A DNA stretch of 64,000 nucleotides, taken from Camelus dromedarius. Taxonomy: Eukaryota. Under the pieces are notes generated by a model. That model ran no database searches, was not told the DNA's origin, and was given only the letters and a program-made list of their open reading frames with translations. The position numbers and the translations under genes were made by a program. How positions within the stretch are numbered: position 1 is the stretch's first letter; the number at the start of each line of letters is the position of its first letter. Below are positions 38,927 to 53,469 of the stretch, in pieces. The DNA is taken from the NCBI RefSeq assembly GCF_036321535.1, contig NC_087436.1:57476001-57540000 (forward strand), given 5' to 3'.

Positions 38927-39957
38927 AGAAGCTTAGAGTTAATTTAACTTCCTCTTTTGCTGATAAGGAGAGAGGGCTAGATTTTTAGTTAGCTAATAGA
39001 AGAGTTATAAATTTGGACCACTGCCTTCTGTTTTGTTTTGTTAAACATAAAATGCCTGGCTTTTTGTAATCCTGAAATTTGGAGGATTATAACTCAAATA
39101 GCTTGAAATTTGGGGCCTTAGTACTACCTAGAGTAATACCCAGAACTGCTCTCTTTTGTCTGGTTTAGCGTTCAGAAAATAGGTTTAAGAATATCTAGAA
39201 AATAAATCAAATGTACCATCAGTGTTGAATGGAACATATCTCTCCCTGAAAGATACTGCTCTCCCTCAGGTCCGAGCCGCTTTGGTGGTAGACAGAATGA
39301 AATGCAGGGATCTTGTAAATTCCTTTCAGGCCCAAGTCTTTCACCTACGTTGTTAATTTAAAACATACACTTCAAAATCTTCTTTCTTAAACAATCTATA
39401 ATGGTAAATTCTGATTTGAGAATGAGTATAATTTTTTAATAAACTGTTTCCTAAATTTCCGTGAGAAAGTCTCACATATACTTTGGCACTAAATGAGAGA
39501 CTCTAAAATTTTTACTCTTTTCCTTTATAAAATTAAGATGGAAACATCCCTATCAGTATGTGCCTCAAAACTTTAACCTGCCCTGTTATTTAACGCTTTG
39601 GTGTTTTTAGAGATGAATCAATTTCGCTAATTCTGTGACATTTTTAGTCCCTAAAAATTCAGAGACTAAAGTCAATTACATTTTAATTTTCTCTTGTTTA
39701 TCAATTTTTTTTAGAATAGCCAGTTATATGCAGCAACTTTTCCCTTTTTATGGGAAAAATCATACACTAGTACATGCTTCAGGAAATGAATAATTGGACA
39801 AATGAATAATTGAACAGCCACTTGTAACTTCCTTTTTGTTGTTGTTTACTGTGATTTTTCAAGAGAAAACAAAATGTAATAAGCTAAATAGGGTAAGCAA
39901 GTGGATTTTCTTTTTCTATATTTCCTCTCTCTTTATTTGGATCACACACAAATCTTA

Positions 39958-40176
<219 letters not shown>

Positions 40177-40869
40177 TTAAGTCACGTAGACAGGATACAA
40201 AATGTTACTTTGGTATACATTTAATAGTGCAAAAAATAATAGGACCTATATTTCAAACTAAACACTTATTCTGAATGAAAATTTGGCTTTTGGTTAATTT
40301 ATAGCTCTGTTCTCTTGGAAACGTAATCAAGTTGGAATGGTAACTATGTTCTAAGCCACACTGCTTATAGTAAATGTCATCTGAACTGGGAGAACAATAA
40401 ACGCAGGAAAGGAAGCCATGGCTTTGTGCTTCTCTGAGTGCAGTAATTCTTCTAACTGGCCTTGTGTCTTTGGGGACCCTGGTAACTGTGCTTTTGGAGG
40501 TGTTACAGGAGATAACGGCTCCTTTGGACTATTAGGCTTCTAAGCCAGGTAGGCTTTTGCACCAACCCGATATGGGTATCATCTTCTTGCCTGTGACCTA
40601 TATCCTAAATGAATTCTGCAAGTACAACTCACACTGAAGAGAAATAACTAACACTGTCCTGCTGGAAAGATACACTTCTTGTCCAATGTTCTTCTAAGTT
40701 AATCTGTGCCAAGTGTGACCTATAGTGGAACTTGGTGGGCATTGCAATGAGGAAAAAAAAAATTATACAACCTTGTCTATCACCATGTAGGAAACATAAC
40801 TTTATTCTGGGTTGTTTACAATATCTTTTAGTGATTATCTTTTTTTCCCTCAGTAATCACTCATAACCT

Positions 40870-43800
40870 AAGTCACAAATTTAATTTTTAAAGAAACCCC
40901 AATCTTAATAAAGAAAATTATTATATATAAACATAGAACTTAAGGAATTCATAAAATAAACAGAACTAATAAATATATCAAATATTCAGTTTGTTTGCTT
41001 GCTTGTTTGTTTGTTTATTTATTTATTTGAGGGAAAGGTAATTTCCTGGTAAATTTGATTAAGGGAAAAGAAAAAATATATACAAATACAGAGAGAGGGA
41101 CTGATGTCAGCAGAATGGGTGACTAGGAGGTCCGCCACCTTCATATCCCCATAGAAAAAGCAATTTGGTAAAAATGTGTTTCTGTGGGAGCTTTGGGATC
41201 CATGTTGCAAAACTCTGATGGAGTCTAATACTGAGGAAGGATGTTGTCAGAGGGCGTGCCTGCACCCCAGTGGCCAGGTGGCCAACTGTGGTCCTTAGAA
41301 GCAGCTCTGTTACTCTGCAAACTCTGCTTCAGCTCCGTAAAGGTTACAGGCAGGGAAGGATGTCTATTCTCACCACTTCTATTCAATATAGGACTGGAAT
41401 TCCTAGCCGGCGTAATGAGACAAGGGAAAAAACCCACCAAGTTTGAAAGGAAGAAGTGAAATTATCTGTATTTGCAGATGACATGATCATACATGTAGAA
41501 AATCCTAAAGAATACACAGAAATGCCCAAACTAATAAACAAATTCAGTCAGGTTACAGGACACAAAATCAACATAAAAATCAGTGGCATTTCTATACATA
41601 AACAATGAACTATCAGAAAGGGAAATTTAGAAAATGATCCTATTTACAAAACTACAGAAAGAATAAAATATTTGGGAAGAAATTTAACCAAAGAGGTGAA
41701 ATATTTGTATACTGAAAATTATAGTAATGAAGGGAATTAAAGACAACGGAAGAAAATGGAAAGAAATGTCATGTTCATGGATTGGAAGAATATGGTTAAC
41801 ATGTCTTTACTACACAAAAAATATACAGATTTGATCCCTATCAAAATTCAAGTGGCATTCTTTACAGAAATAGAAAAAAAAATCCTAAAATTCATATGCA
41901 AACACAAAAGACCGAAGATAACCAAAGCAGTCTTGAGCAACAACAAAGCTGGAGGCATCTTGCTTCCTGACTTCAAAATATGTCACAAAGCTAGAGTAAC
42001 TGAATCACTATGGTACTGGCATAGAAACAGACATACAGATCATATAGAAGGGAGCAAAATAGGTATCCCAGAAAGGGATGCATACATTTATGGTCAATGG
42101 GTCTTCTGAAGGGGCGTCCAGAACACACAATGGAGAAAGGATAATTTGTTCAATAAATGACATTGGGAAAACTGGATATCCACGTGGAGAAGATAAAATT
42201 AGATTCCTATCTCACACCATATGCAAAAATCAACTCAAAAGGTATTACCGTCTTAAGCATAGGACCCGAAACCATTCCTAAAAGGAAATATAGGGGAAAA
42301 GCATCTTGACATTTGTCTGGGCAATGATTTTTGGGTAGAACATGATCAAAAGCATAAGAAACAAAAGCAAAAATAGACAAATGAGATTGCATCAAACTAA
42401 AAAGCTTCTGCACAGAAAATAAAATAATCAACAGAGGGAAAAGGCAAGCTATGGAACGAGAAAATATCTGAAAACTATATATCTGATAAGAGGTTAATGT
42501 CAAAAAATAAGGAACTCATACAACTCCATAGCAAAAACATATAATTTAATTAAAAATGGGAAAAAACATTTCTCAAAAGAAGGCATACAGAAGATTAAAA
42601 GATACATGAAAAGGTGCTCAGTATTACCAATTGTTGGGGAAATGCAAATCAAAACAATAATGAGATATCTCAAACTTGTTAGCATGGCTATTATCAAAAA
42701 GACATGAAATGATAAGTCTCGATGAAGATGTGGAGAAAAGGGAATCCTTGTACACTGTTGGTAGGAATGTAAATTGGTATAGCCATTAGAGATGTTCCTC
42801 AAAAATTTTAAAATAGAACTACCAGATGATCCAACAATCCTGCCTCTGGATGTACAACCAAAAGAAATGAAATCAGTATCTCAAAGAGATAAATGCACTC
42901 CCGTGGTCATCACAGCATTATTCATAATAGCCAAGATATGGAAACAAATGTCCTCAATAAATGAGTGGAGAAAGAACATCCATAAAGAATAATGGATATA
43001 CAATGAAATATTATTCATTCTTAAACAAGAAGGAAATTCTGCTATTTGCAGCAACATGGATGAACCCACAGGATATCACACTAAGTGAAATAAGACAGAC
43101 ACAGAAAGACAAATACTACACGAACCCACTTGTACGTGAAATCTAAAATAGTCAAACCCATAGAAGCACAGAGTAGAATGGTGGTTACCAGGGGGTGGTA
43201 GGTGGGAGAAAAGGTGAAATGGTGGTCAAAGGACACAAAACATCAGTTATGCAAGATGGCTAAATTCTGAAAATTTAACATATAGCATGGTGAGTATAGT
43301 TAACAATATAGTATTATAAATCTGAAATTTGCTAAGAGGGTAGATCGTAAGTGTTCTTATGACAAAAAGAGGTCACTACGTGAGATGATGAATATGTTAA
43401 TTAGCCTCTTGTGGTGATCATTTCACAATGTATACTTATATCAAAACATCAAGTTGTGCACCTTAAATATATGCAAGTTTTTGGCAATTACATCTCAATA
43501 AGGTTAAATATACAGATGGTTTAAAAAATGAAACAAAATATTCAAAAATAGGTTCAAAAGCATACTATGCATGATTCTATAGGAATAAAATTAAAATATC
43601 AAAATTTGATAATTTCCTGGAAAAAGAGAAATCATATTTTCTCAAGAAGTAAAAACTTCTCTAGCATAAAGAAAGCACTAGAATATGACAAACATCCCAA
43701 AATCTCAGAGTCCTGTTCTCCCCAAAATATCAGCAAACTGATTTTAATAGTATATTAAAACAATAATGTAGCATTATTAAATAAGGAAAACCAACACTGG

Positions 43801-45055
43801 TTCAATATTAGGAAAGTAATTGGGATAATATGTCTTCTAAATGAAGCTTTATAAAATTTTTAAATAGTTTTCAACAGACACCAAAAATACATTTGACAAA
43901 ATTGAAAACCATTATCTATCTATTTATCTAGTAATGTATATAGAAAAAGATTCTTCTTTAATAAGGTATAGAATAGAATAACTACCTCAAGCAAGTAGCA
44001 CACCTATTGGAAACTGAGACTCTAATGGCTTCACCATTAAGTCAAGAAAATGATGCCTACTATCAGCCCTAAAACTTAACATGACTGTAACCATTCTAGC
44101 CTATGCAATAAGGCAGGAAGCAAAAATCTGATTTCACACTATTAGGACAAATTTATCATTATTTGATAACATATTTATGAATCCCACAAGAATCAACTGA
44201 AAGAATATTAGAAAAAATAAATATTTCAACATACAGATTGGTTATACATAAATATATAAACCAATTGCTTTTTATTAATACATCAATAGGAGATAATATG
44301 TACTTTGAATAAAAATATCCACTTTTACTAAATATAAATACCTAGGAATAAATTTAACCATAAGTGAGTAAGATTATATACAGAAAACTTCAACATTCAA
44401 CTGAAAAAGATTTGAACTTGTTTCTAGATAAGATGTAACATATTCCTAAAAGAATAGGTCAGAATTGTAAAAGAAATGTCAGTTTTCCTTAGTTTATTTG
44501 ATACTTAATGCAATCTAAAGAAAATGTCCAAAGAATGTTTTAGGATTTATTAAAATCTTTGCATATTTACTTAGAAGAAAACATATGAGAATAGTAAAAA
44601 AAAAATTGAAAATAAAAAAAAAAGTTTGGAAATTAAGAATACCAAGTAGTGAAACATGTTATAAAGCTTCAAAAAAAATTAGCACTTGTTTGAGAATAGA
44701 AAATCGGTGGAATAGACAAAAAAGCCCATAGAACTGATAAAAATATATAAATGTCATAGACTATATTACAAAGACCATAATCCAAATCAGTGCTGCAAAT
44801 AAGAAAAATATTCAAAATGATAGTAAGACAAGTGAGTATTTTAAAAGGTCAGTATTACAGCAGTATGTCACATCATCCACAAACTAAATTCCTATAGTGT
44901 AATACATTAATTATAATGAACAAAGAACCCAAATTTTAAAAATCTACCAAACTGGAAGAACATGTAAGACTGTATTTTCTGATATTAGGAAAAGAATAGG
45001 ATATCTAAACATAAAAATAAAGTAAGGAAATATAAATACTCGATACATTTAACCA
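40870..45055 (+). mobile_element. Old, highly decayed L1 ORF2 fragment, interrupted by a younger L1 at 41097-43505
   Basis: A-rich with ORF2 remnants: ggttcaatattaggaaa, catttgacaaaattgaa, ttctagcctatgcaataaggcaggaa, aaatacctaggaataaatttaac. Confidence 0.7.
41097..43505 (+). mobile_element. L1MA8/9-like element: about 240 bp of 5' UTR-like sequence joined directly to the distal part of ORF2, plus 3' UTR; disrupted
   Basis: ORF2 remnants: tttgcagatgacatgat (FADD motif) and ORF 41756-42109 (ILKFICKHKRPKITKAVL...AGGILLPDFK...WYWH). 3' UTR gaaatttgctaagagggtagatc...catctcaataa. 5' part tgatgtcagcagaatgg...gtgggagctttgggatcc resembles a recalled L1M2-type 5' end. Confidence 0.85.
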
Positions 45056-45392
45056 CAGTCAACTCTGTATCCATGGGTTTTGCATCCATGGATTCAATCA
45101 ACTATGGATAGAAAATATTCAAAAAATAAAATACCAGAAAATTCCAAAAAGCAAAACTTGAATTTGCTGTATGCCAGCAACTGTTTACACTGCATTTACA
45201 TTGTATTTGCAACTATTTACATGGCATTTATATTGTGTTGGTTATTATAAGTAATCTAGAGATGATTTAAAGTATATTGGAGAATGTGTGTGGATTATGT
45301 GCAAATACTACACCATTTATAAAAGGGACTTGAACATCCTTGGATTTTGGGGGTCCTAGAATTAATCCCCTGCAAATACTGAAGGATGACTA
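45056..45392 (-). mobile_element. MER2-like Tigger MITE (second copy)
   Basis: Colinear with 29805-30180: aaaaagcaaaacttgaatttgc...tattataagtaatctagagatgatttaaagtat...gacttgaacatccttggattttgg. Confidence 0.9.
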
Positions 45393-45639
45393 TACTGTCT
45401 TTTAAATATGTTTGCTTAGACCAAGTCAATATCATATACTCAATAAAAAGTTTTGCATGAAGTATGGTCTAAAACACCCAGACCAATTTACTGTGCTTAG
45501 TGAATACTTATCATCTTTTTGTTGATGGTGAACCCTAACCAAACTATGGGATCTTGAAACAGAGATAAAAGAAATCATTCACTGAAACTATTCATGGAGT
45601 GTGTGCTGTACCCTAGGCACTGAGTTCAGTACTATGGAT

Positions 45640-45825
45640 CAGTGCTTCTCAAAACTGATGCTAAGATCATCACCATCAGAATTACCAAGGAATCCTTGCA
45701 TTAAAAACGTGAACTCCAGACCCAACCCCAGACTTACCACATTGGAATATTTGGTGTTTGAGGTCTGGGAATATGCATTTTTAACAATCTTGAAAGTTGA
45801 CAATCTTACGCACACCAATTTTTAA
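45640..45825. mobile_element. MER5-like hAT-Charlie MITE
   Basis: cagtgcttctcaaa...catcagaattacc...ccccagactta...ctgggaatatgcatttttaacaa. Confidence 0.65.
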
Positions 45826-46028
45826 ATAAAAATTTTTGATAAAAATGAGTAATATCATCAGGAACATTTTTATACATAAGGCTTGATATAATTGTAAAAT
45901 TGACAGATTCTTGGAGGGTTGGTGTGGGAGAGGGCAAAATCCTTGGTTAAGTTTCCTTTACATTGATTACTCATAACCACATAGTCATCCCACGGGCCTT
46001 CTTCGCTCTGATCTTTCGCACTAATTAC

Positions 46029-46556
46029 TGTAGGGGAGGAGTTGTTAGCTGAGACCTCTGTAATGAAAGTTAGATTAACAAGAAAAAAACAAGTGGAAGT
46101 TTATCAACACATATAAATGTCTCTCATGTATACAGGGGAGATACCCAGGGAAAAGCGAGTAACTCAAAGCAGTGGCTTGGAAATCGGGATTAAATACCAT
46201 TAAATCGGGAAGGGATGGGAGGATGTAGGCTGCACAGGGGAGAGTCAATGATGTTTAGCCAAGATGCACGGGCTTTAGGAGAAGAGATAGGTGTGTGATG
46301 GTATATGACCAAGTTTGTCAGGGTGTGGTGTCCACTTCTAGTCTCTTCCGTGATGAGTCAATATCCCCTGGTTGATGAAACTCCCGAGGAGGATCTATGA
46401 CAACTGAGTTCCTTTAGGAGAATTTATCTTTAGGCAAATAGACAGAGTTCAGAGAAAGCCTCTCTCTGCATTTGCTGTTTTTTAAGCACCTATGACTCAA
46501 AATAATCAATATGCCTGCATTACAGGTGTTTGGGTGGCAAATTCTGCTACCCTTCA
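46029..46556 (-). mobile_element. MER34/MER39-group ERV1 solo LTR
   Basis: TG...CA termini, 4-bp flanks ttac/tcac; reverse complement starts tgaagggtagcagaatttgccacccaaa...gcatattgattattttgag. Confidence 0.75.
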
Positions 46557-48529
46557 TCACCAACTTCCATATCTGCTTTAAGCTTCCTGGGTCAACACCT
46601 ACAATAAGAGAGAGAGAGCTGTGACCTTGAAGCCTCCTGTAGCAACCTACTTTGATTTTTGCTATTTCCTTCTGTCAAACAGCCATGCTGGCCTCCGGGA
46701 TCCCCTTGCAGCTTCTTTACAATCATCCAGGGCCGCCCCCACCTGCTGGGGACATATTGCTTTGCTATTAGAAAAGTGTTCTGGCATTGCTGTTACTGCT
46801 TTGTGAACTGTGGAGCTCGATTTAAACGTATGGTAACATTATCATTGCCACTATATATGTGCTTCTAGAGATTCTAATGTTACAAAGCGTTATAAATGCA
46901 TTTTTAAAAAGAGAACCATTAAAACAGTATGATTATAGCCTGCAGCAATGCCAATGAAATGTTGCATAGTAACTCAAACTATTGTAGCTTTTGAAAATAA
47001 CCCTGGCCTTTTTCATCTACTAAAACATGCAATCGTTGTCCTTTGGTTTTTAACCGTTAAATTAAAACTGTCTAAAAAAAAACCTCATCAACAAAACCTA
47101 AAATCACTCTTCAACAGAATAATAATTGAGAGTTTGGCCTGGGAAATTTTCAATCCATCTGACTAGGTGATGGATATTACTTAAAAATTTTCAACTAGTC
47201 TTTGTTGTTGAGGTCATGTTTGGATAAGCAGTTGACTTGTGGGCCACTGATGGATTTACCAGTGAATTCCATGCCAGCAGAATAATTCATACGGGTTAAA
47301 CAGAGGGCAACGGTGCATCCAGGGGCTCCAGGTAAACATACTCTATGACTCATTTGTTAGGAAGGAAAAGATTCCAAAGTGGCATCTACCTCCAATATTA
47401 TCAATTTCTGGTCCTCAGAATGCTGTGGTGATTGATAGACCATGGTGGTAATTGATACTCAACACCTGTGTCCTCATAATAGTGCCCAGATGCCAATAGG
47501 CTGTGATGAATTTCTCACTACCAAGATAATGCTAGGAGCTAGGTTTCGTTCCATTCTTACAATATTTCTATAGTAACCCGTCTCTGAATTCCACTGTATG
47601 AACAATCATTGTGCATTAATTTTAAGATCCTGAAAGGATCTGTAAGGGATATAAAGGTACGACTGGAGCCCCTGACCTCAAGCTGTTTACAACTCAGAAG
47701 TGGAGATAAATCAACCACTAAATTGCTGTAACACAAAGTATATTATGGAAAGTCCCATAAAAGACGCTTTAAGTGTTACAGTGGTTTAAAGAAAGGGGAA
47801 CTTAATTTTCATTCGGGGGAATCAGGACAAATATTCAAATATTCTGGTGACTGAAATAGTTATACAAGAAAACACCAAATATTTAAGTTCCTCATCTTTA
47901 ATGCCTGATTGAACAGAGATATCCTTTGGTGACCACTTCTTGTTTATGCAAACTCTTTTAACCTTCCAGTTTTCTGCAATTTTCCATCTTTCAAGTGAAG
48001 AACTATAAACAGTCAATGTTGTTTTCTCAAATATTTGCATTTCTTGCCAAGTAAAGTGAAGGATGGGAAAATGTATTTTTAAAACCTACACCTGTGCTCC
48101 TCACCACGTTATGGATGGTGGCATATTTCTCTTCGTCTATAGAATGCCCTTGACTTGGACGCCCCTGTTCCAACACCTCCATTATGACCTAATGCTGAAA
48201 GCACTTTCCAGTTCATTAGGCAGCAGTCTCCCATGATAACTGCAGAAGTTCACGCCACAAGCAAAGAGACTTACCGATTATCCCAATGACTTTCGTTTTC
48301 ATTGGGAAACCATATTCCTTTTCACATGAATCTTTAATTTAGCAAATTTCTTAAAAGTTCACCTCTAAATCTATAGCTACAGAGAGACAGCGATGATGAT
48401 CCCTTTTTATTAAAAAGACATTCAGTAGGAATAATTATGGAAAGATGACATTTAAACCAAAGACTAAGATAAGAATTCCCTTTACTGAAGAAGGAATGTC
48501 TTCCCTCTGTCCTCCATTTCTTCCTCATG

Positions 48530-48740
48530 ATAATAGCTAACATTTAGAAAGTGCTTTTCACTTTTAAAAATGCCTTTACACATAAATCTACTTGTTCTTT
48601 ACAACACTGTGAGGCAGCTGTAATTATGACATCTAATTCTGAGATGGGGTAGTGGAACTTACTCTAAGTCACAGCAATTATTTGTGGTAGATTTGGAACT
48701 TGAGCTCAAGGCCACCTTCTATGCTTTTCTCACTACATTA
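48530..48740 (-). mobile_element. MIR SINE
   Basis: ataatagctaacattta...ctttacaacactgtgaggcag...ctaagtcacagcaa...ggaacttgagctcaag. Confidence 0.7.
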
Positions 48741-50614
48741 AAGATAAATTCCTGGGAGATATTCGCCATAGGAATGCAAAAACGAGTGAAAGATAGTAGC
48801 CTCTGTCTTCAAGACACAGCCTATCTAGTTTGAGAAATAATATTTATGTAAATAAAAATAATGCAACATAGTATGTAGCAAGAGGCCTGAAAAGAAAAGA
48901 ATGCAACTTCTTTAGTGCTGTGTAATGACACTGTTAAGATAAATGAGTCAAGCTTTTAAAAAAAACAGGTTGCTTATTTGTTCAAATCACTGGTATGAAT
49001 GGACATCTGGTTTCTATGATTCCAGACCCCTGAAACCTGTTGACTTTGTGACTATTGCTATTTAAGCATTTCTGATTTTCAGGATTGAAACAGAAGTAGA
49101 GCTTTTTAAAATTAAAACAAAGGCTACAGGATGGAATTTACTGTTTTTGCTCACTAAATGAAAATTAAAAGGACTGAGAACAATATGGGAGAAATAAATT
49201 CTATCCTTGCACTCTAAGTTGCTAACTTGTTTACAATTTAAACTAATGGTCAGTAGAGGATAAAGTGATTGTGAATTAGAAGCTCAAAGAGTTATGATTA
49301 ACCCAGAATCGATCTACAGAGGTCCTTATAATTCATTGCCCACATAAGTTCTGAAGATGGGACAGCTTTAATATTTATGACATTTGGTTCTAGGTGATGG
49401 CCTTTTCCACTCTGGGCAAATTAATAACTTAACATCATTCATCAATTCTTCTGAATTTATCCAGAAGTCATCTTCAAGTCTGCATTTTAGTGTTTAGGAC
49501 TGACTTTTGAAATATGTATGCTTTTGTTTACTGCCGTAATTGCTGGCCTACCATGTTTATCTGCTATTATTTTGAAATTTGAATTTGTGTTCCAAAATAG
49601 TCATCACATGGCACAAATTTTCACAAGAAAGATATGAAGGTGTTTAAAATAGATATCAGCTTATTTATACAAAAATTTTTTAACCTAGAAAGGAAGCAGT
49701 ATGTCTACCTCTAACTCCTTTGCCTTTCTTTTTTGAGGCTACTGGAATACTAACTATTTTTTTTTAAATGTTATAAAGCCTTCTGGGAATGTGGTAACTA
49801 AACACAGCTTCCTTCCCATCACTGACAAATTTCTCTTGAAACAAATGGTTGCTAGAGTCTAGAAGACAGGAGGTCAGTAGGTTTGGAGTTCTGGATAATT
49901 GTGTGTGGGAAGAACTAGTAATTCTATCGTTCAGGCTGGGCGAGTGCCTGAGAAAACCAGGGGAACCTCCAGTGAAGGCAATGAAGAAACTAAGTTTGGG
50001 GGAGCGTTTGGTTCATAGAGATCTGTGGGCCTTAAGTCCTCCTGCCTCTCTTTCTTAAATATTTGTCCTCATGAATATATCTGTTCTGTTGCCTTTAAAT
50101 TGATCAGGAAGGAGTTGAGTGGGTGAGCAGAGATCTTTCAGGCCTGGAGCCTGGGACAGAACAGAAGACTGGTGAACCCACAGACTCCTCCACGTGCCTC
50201 AGAAGAAAGATGTGTAAACCACTTTCTTCTATATTGCTGGCCTACGAGGAGAGACGACATTTCACTTTCTGCAATTAGCAAGACTGCCAATACCTAGGAT
50301 AATCCAACAATCCAACCTGAGTCTCCTTGAGCTGATAAAGAAAAATAACCACTTATATTGTGAATCCCACAGTTAGGGAGAGACAACTCAGAACAAGTAG
50401 AACACATTCAGGGGAAACAACATTGTAGTGATAGAAAGTTTCCAATTTTAAAAGAAAAATAAAAAGAGCACTTGACCAGATTCAACTGTCAGTCTAAAAA
50501 ATCTATGTGGCTACAAACAGGCAAAGAAACCTCAATTTCTCAACCAAAAAACTGAACAGCAGAATTGAAAAAGAAAGTGCTCATAAATGACCTGCAAGCT
50601 CAAACGAGTTAATG

Positions 50615-50690
50615 AGGGTGACAACTGTCCCAGGTCACCTGAGATGCCTCTGTTATGGTAATGAAAATGTTGTATCAAGGGAAGACATCC
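50615..50690. mobile_element. MER94-like hAT-Blackjack fragment
   Basis: agggtgacaactgtcccagg resembles the recalled MER94 terminus, with weak similarity continuing about 70 bp. Confidence 0.4.
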
Positions 50691-51655
50691 TAGGAGACAA
50701 AAACTCCAGGTTTTTGGTATTGGGTACCAGAGGTTGAGGAGAAGGTACAAAATCAACTTAGTAGTTTAAAAGATGGAAGTTGAAAGCTACTATTTTTGTA
50801 GCTATGAATATAACAGGGATTATCTGCCTTCTGCAGTTGCTGTCCCTACTTCTCCCCTGACTGTGGATGTTCGCAACTGTGACTTGCTGCTCATAATAAT
50901 GACTCATCCGTTGTTATATATCACTGTGAGTGCTGAGACTTACGTGTGCAATTTAAGTGCACTGTAATCATGAGTGTTAACAGTCCTTCACCCGTGGACT
51001 GACTGTTCTTCTTGGTATTATCAAGATGATGCTAATTTAATTTTTAACATTGTGAATCCTGTGATCATTTTTTAAAAAGAGTTCAGGTGAAGAAAACCAG
51101 AATGATAAAAATAAAAATACTAGCCTGACGTAGGCATCAATGAAAAAGAAGTCTACAAGACCATGTTGTCTTATTATAGAGGGAAGGACACAAAGAACTG
51201 AATTAGGGAGGTAAATAACCAAAACAGCGTCCTGCATAATATGCAGAAAAGAATTTGGTATGAGGTATGGCAGAAAAGGAAATGTGAAAGCACACAACAG
51301 GGAGACTGAATTTCACAAGTTGGGGATGAGACAGGCAATACTTCTAAATCAATCAAAAGTTTCTGTGTCTCCCCAAAGACACCAATGCTCAGTTGAAAAC
51401 AGCAGCCACCGAATGACTTTGGGCATATCACGTGAACGGACATACTTTATTGTATTGTTCCCCTGAGAGCTTGAGGAAACTCAGGAAAGCTACTTTTCCT
51501 GATTCTGAGGTTTCAAATCAAGTGTACTGTGGGAAAACAAAAGGAGGAAAATTTGATAATAGTTGAGTTGGTTCTCTACAGAGTAGAGCTGATTCTTTCA
51601 GATATTACCTGAATGATCATGTTTTTTACCGTAAAGTTATGTGTCACATAATGGC

Positions 51656-51681
51656 AAAAAAAAAAAAAAAAAAAAAAAAAA
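51656..51681. repeat. poly(A) run, about 26 nt
   Basis: Uninterrupted A tract. Confidence 0.9.
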
Positions 51682-53469
51682 TGATCCCTCTAGCTCTTAG
51701 GTACTTTAATTTTTAAAAGGTAGTGTCAAATCATCTTGATTTCTATGAAGGTTTTAATAAGCTGCAGAAAGCATGAGACTAAAGTCTACTATATCTCATC
51801 CAAATGTGAAGACTTTAATCATCTACCTGCAAGTTCTGTATATATCTCAAATGTAAATTTTAGCAAATTCCATTCAGTGGTAAACTTCTTATTAAAGAAA
51901 GTGAAAAGATCTTATCTGCGAAAAGTTCTATATACCTTGCAACACCGTTAAAAAAAAATGGGCACGATTTGCTTACCTATGACATTGAAGCTTTCATAAT
52001 GAAAATTTTTGGTCATTGTTTCTTCAAAATGTGCAGAAGCCATTGAGAGCTTTTATTTAATAGAAATGGAAGATGGCCTCCTTAGACATATGCCTTAAAG
52101 ACAGCTATTGAATAATGAAAATGTTGGACTGCCACAAAAATCACATTTTCAAAGTGTGGGACAAGAAGAATATTTTTCCTTAATTTGGAGATATACTGAA
52201 GATGACACTGGAGAAAAGGATTACAGTAAACAGAACTTTATATGTATTTTCCCAAACTGATTTGATGATTTTTGAAGAAACCATAGGGTATCTAGGAAAG
52301 GATGAATTGAACGCACCTGAGTTTTTCAATTTTATGTATAGATTAGGACAAAAACTCATAGTAAGAAGCAGATTTTATTCTTTTGGAAATAAGACTACTC
52401 TAGAACCTTCCCCAAAAAAGTCACCAGAAAAGGACAGCTGAGTTAGACATTACTTACTCAACTTCTTTACTAGAACTGTAACTGCTCTAGACTCCAGCAC
52501 TGATTTCACAAGTTCAGATTCCTCTATGTTTTAAAATCGTTGTCCTAAGAAAGAGAGCTTTACCCTATGATGACATGCAGTGTTCTTCAAGTGTTTAAAA
52601 ATCGTGGACATTTGGACATATTTAGCCTGTATGATGAATTTGTAGATGCAGGAGTTATGATCGACAGAGAGCAAGTCTTTAAAAGCAAGCTTGTTGAATC
52701 AAAGTGTATGGGTATCTTTTCGAGGAGCTGGCAACTAATTTTTACACGTTGAAATATGTGCTGTTGCTAGTAAGTAAACTCCTAGTAGGTATTTCATGCT
52801 TACTTTTCCTGAGTATAGTTAGCTTGACATCACCACATAGGAATGATAACAGAATCAGTGTTACGCGGGCCTGATAAAAGCAGAGTTTCAAGTCACAGTG
52901 AATTTTATGTTCAACTATATTCAGTTTTATCACTATATAAAAGACAAGAAGGATGTTCTACAGGTTGCAGGCAGTTCAGAGAACAATTATTGGAAAAGGA
53001 AACAGAAAGTAAAATTAACATCTGTTGAATCAGTCCTATTTTATTTCTGCTCCCCTTTTATAAAAACTCATATTTATGTGTCTTAAATATAGTCTACAAA
53101 ATTTAATTATCCCATACAGAGTTAAAAATTAATTTTATCAGAGGACAGAAAGAAACCTTACTAAAATATTGTTACATTTTATCACACATATGAGTTGTTT
53201 ACTTAGTACTACTACCAGTTACTACTCTGACAGTTAACTAATCCTATTGTTGCTTTGTTTAAATAATAGCATTTTGTGATAAGGAATAAATAATATAGGC
53301 CAACTTTTATAATTTCAATATATTCAATATCAATCAATTCCTATTTTCGCACTTCTATGTTAAAGTAATAACATACATACAATTATTTATTACACATTAT
53401 ATTATTACGGCTTTTTTGTATAGTGTAGTTATGTTCTGGGTTGTCTCTCTAAAAAGCTGATCAACATTT

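Noticed and set aside
40990..41045. (TTTG/TTTA)n followed by gagggaaaggtaatt as a fifth, truncated SINE tail
   Set aside because: Resemblance is only about 13 bp and I found no TSD.
41756..42109. L1 ORF2-like ORF as a functional or domesticated gene
   Set aside because: Short piece of an element with many stops and frameshifts.
49770..51400. Possible very old L1 5'/ORF1 or HAL1 remnant
   Set aside because: Composition is suggestive but I could not match any specific motif.
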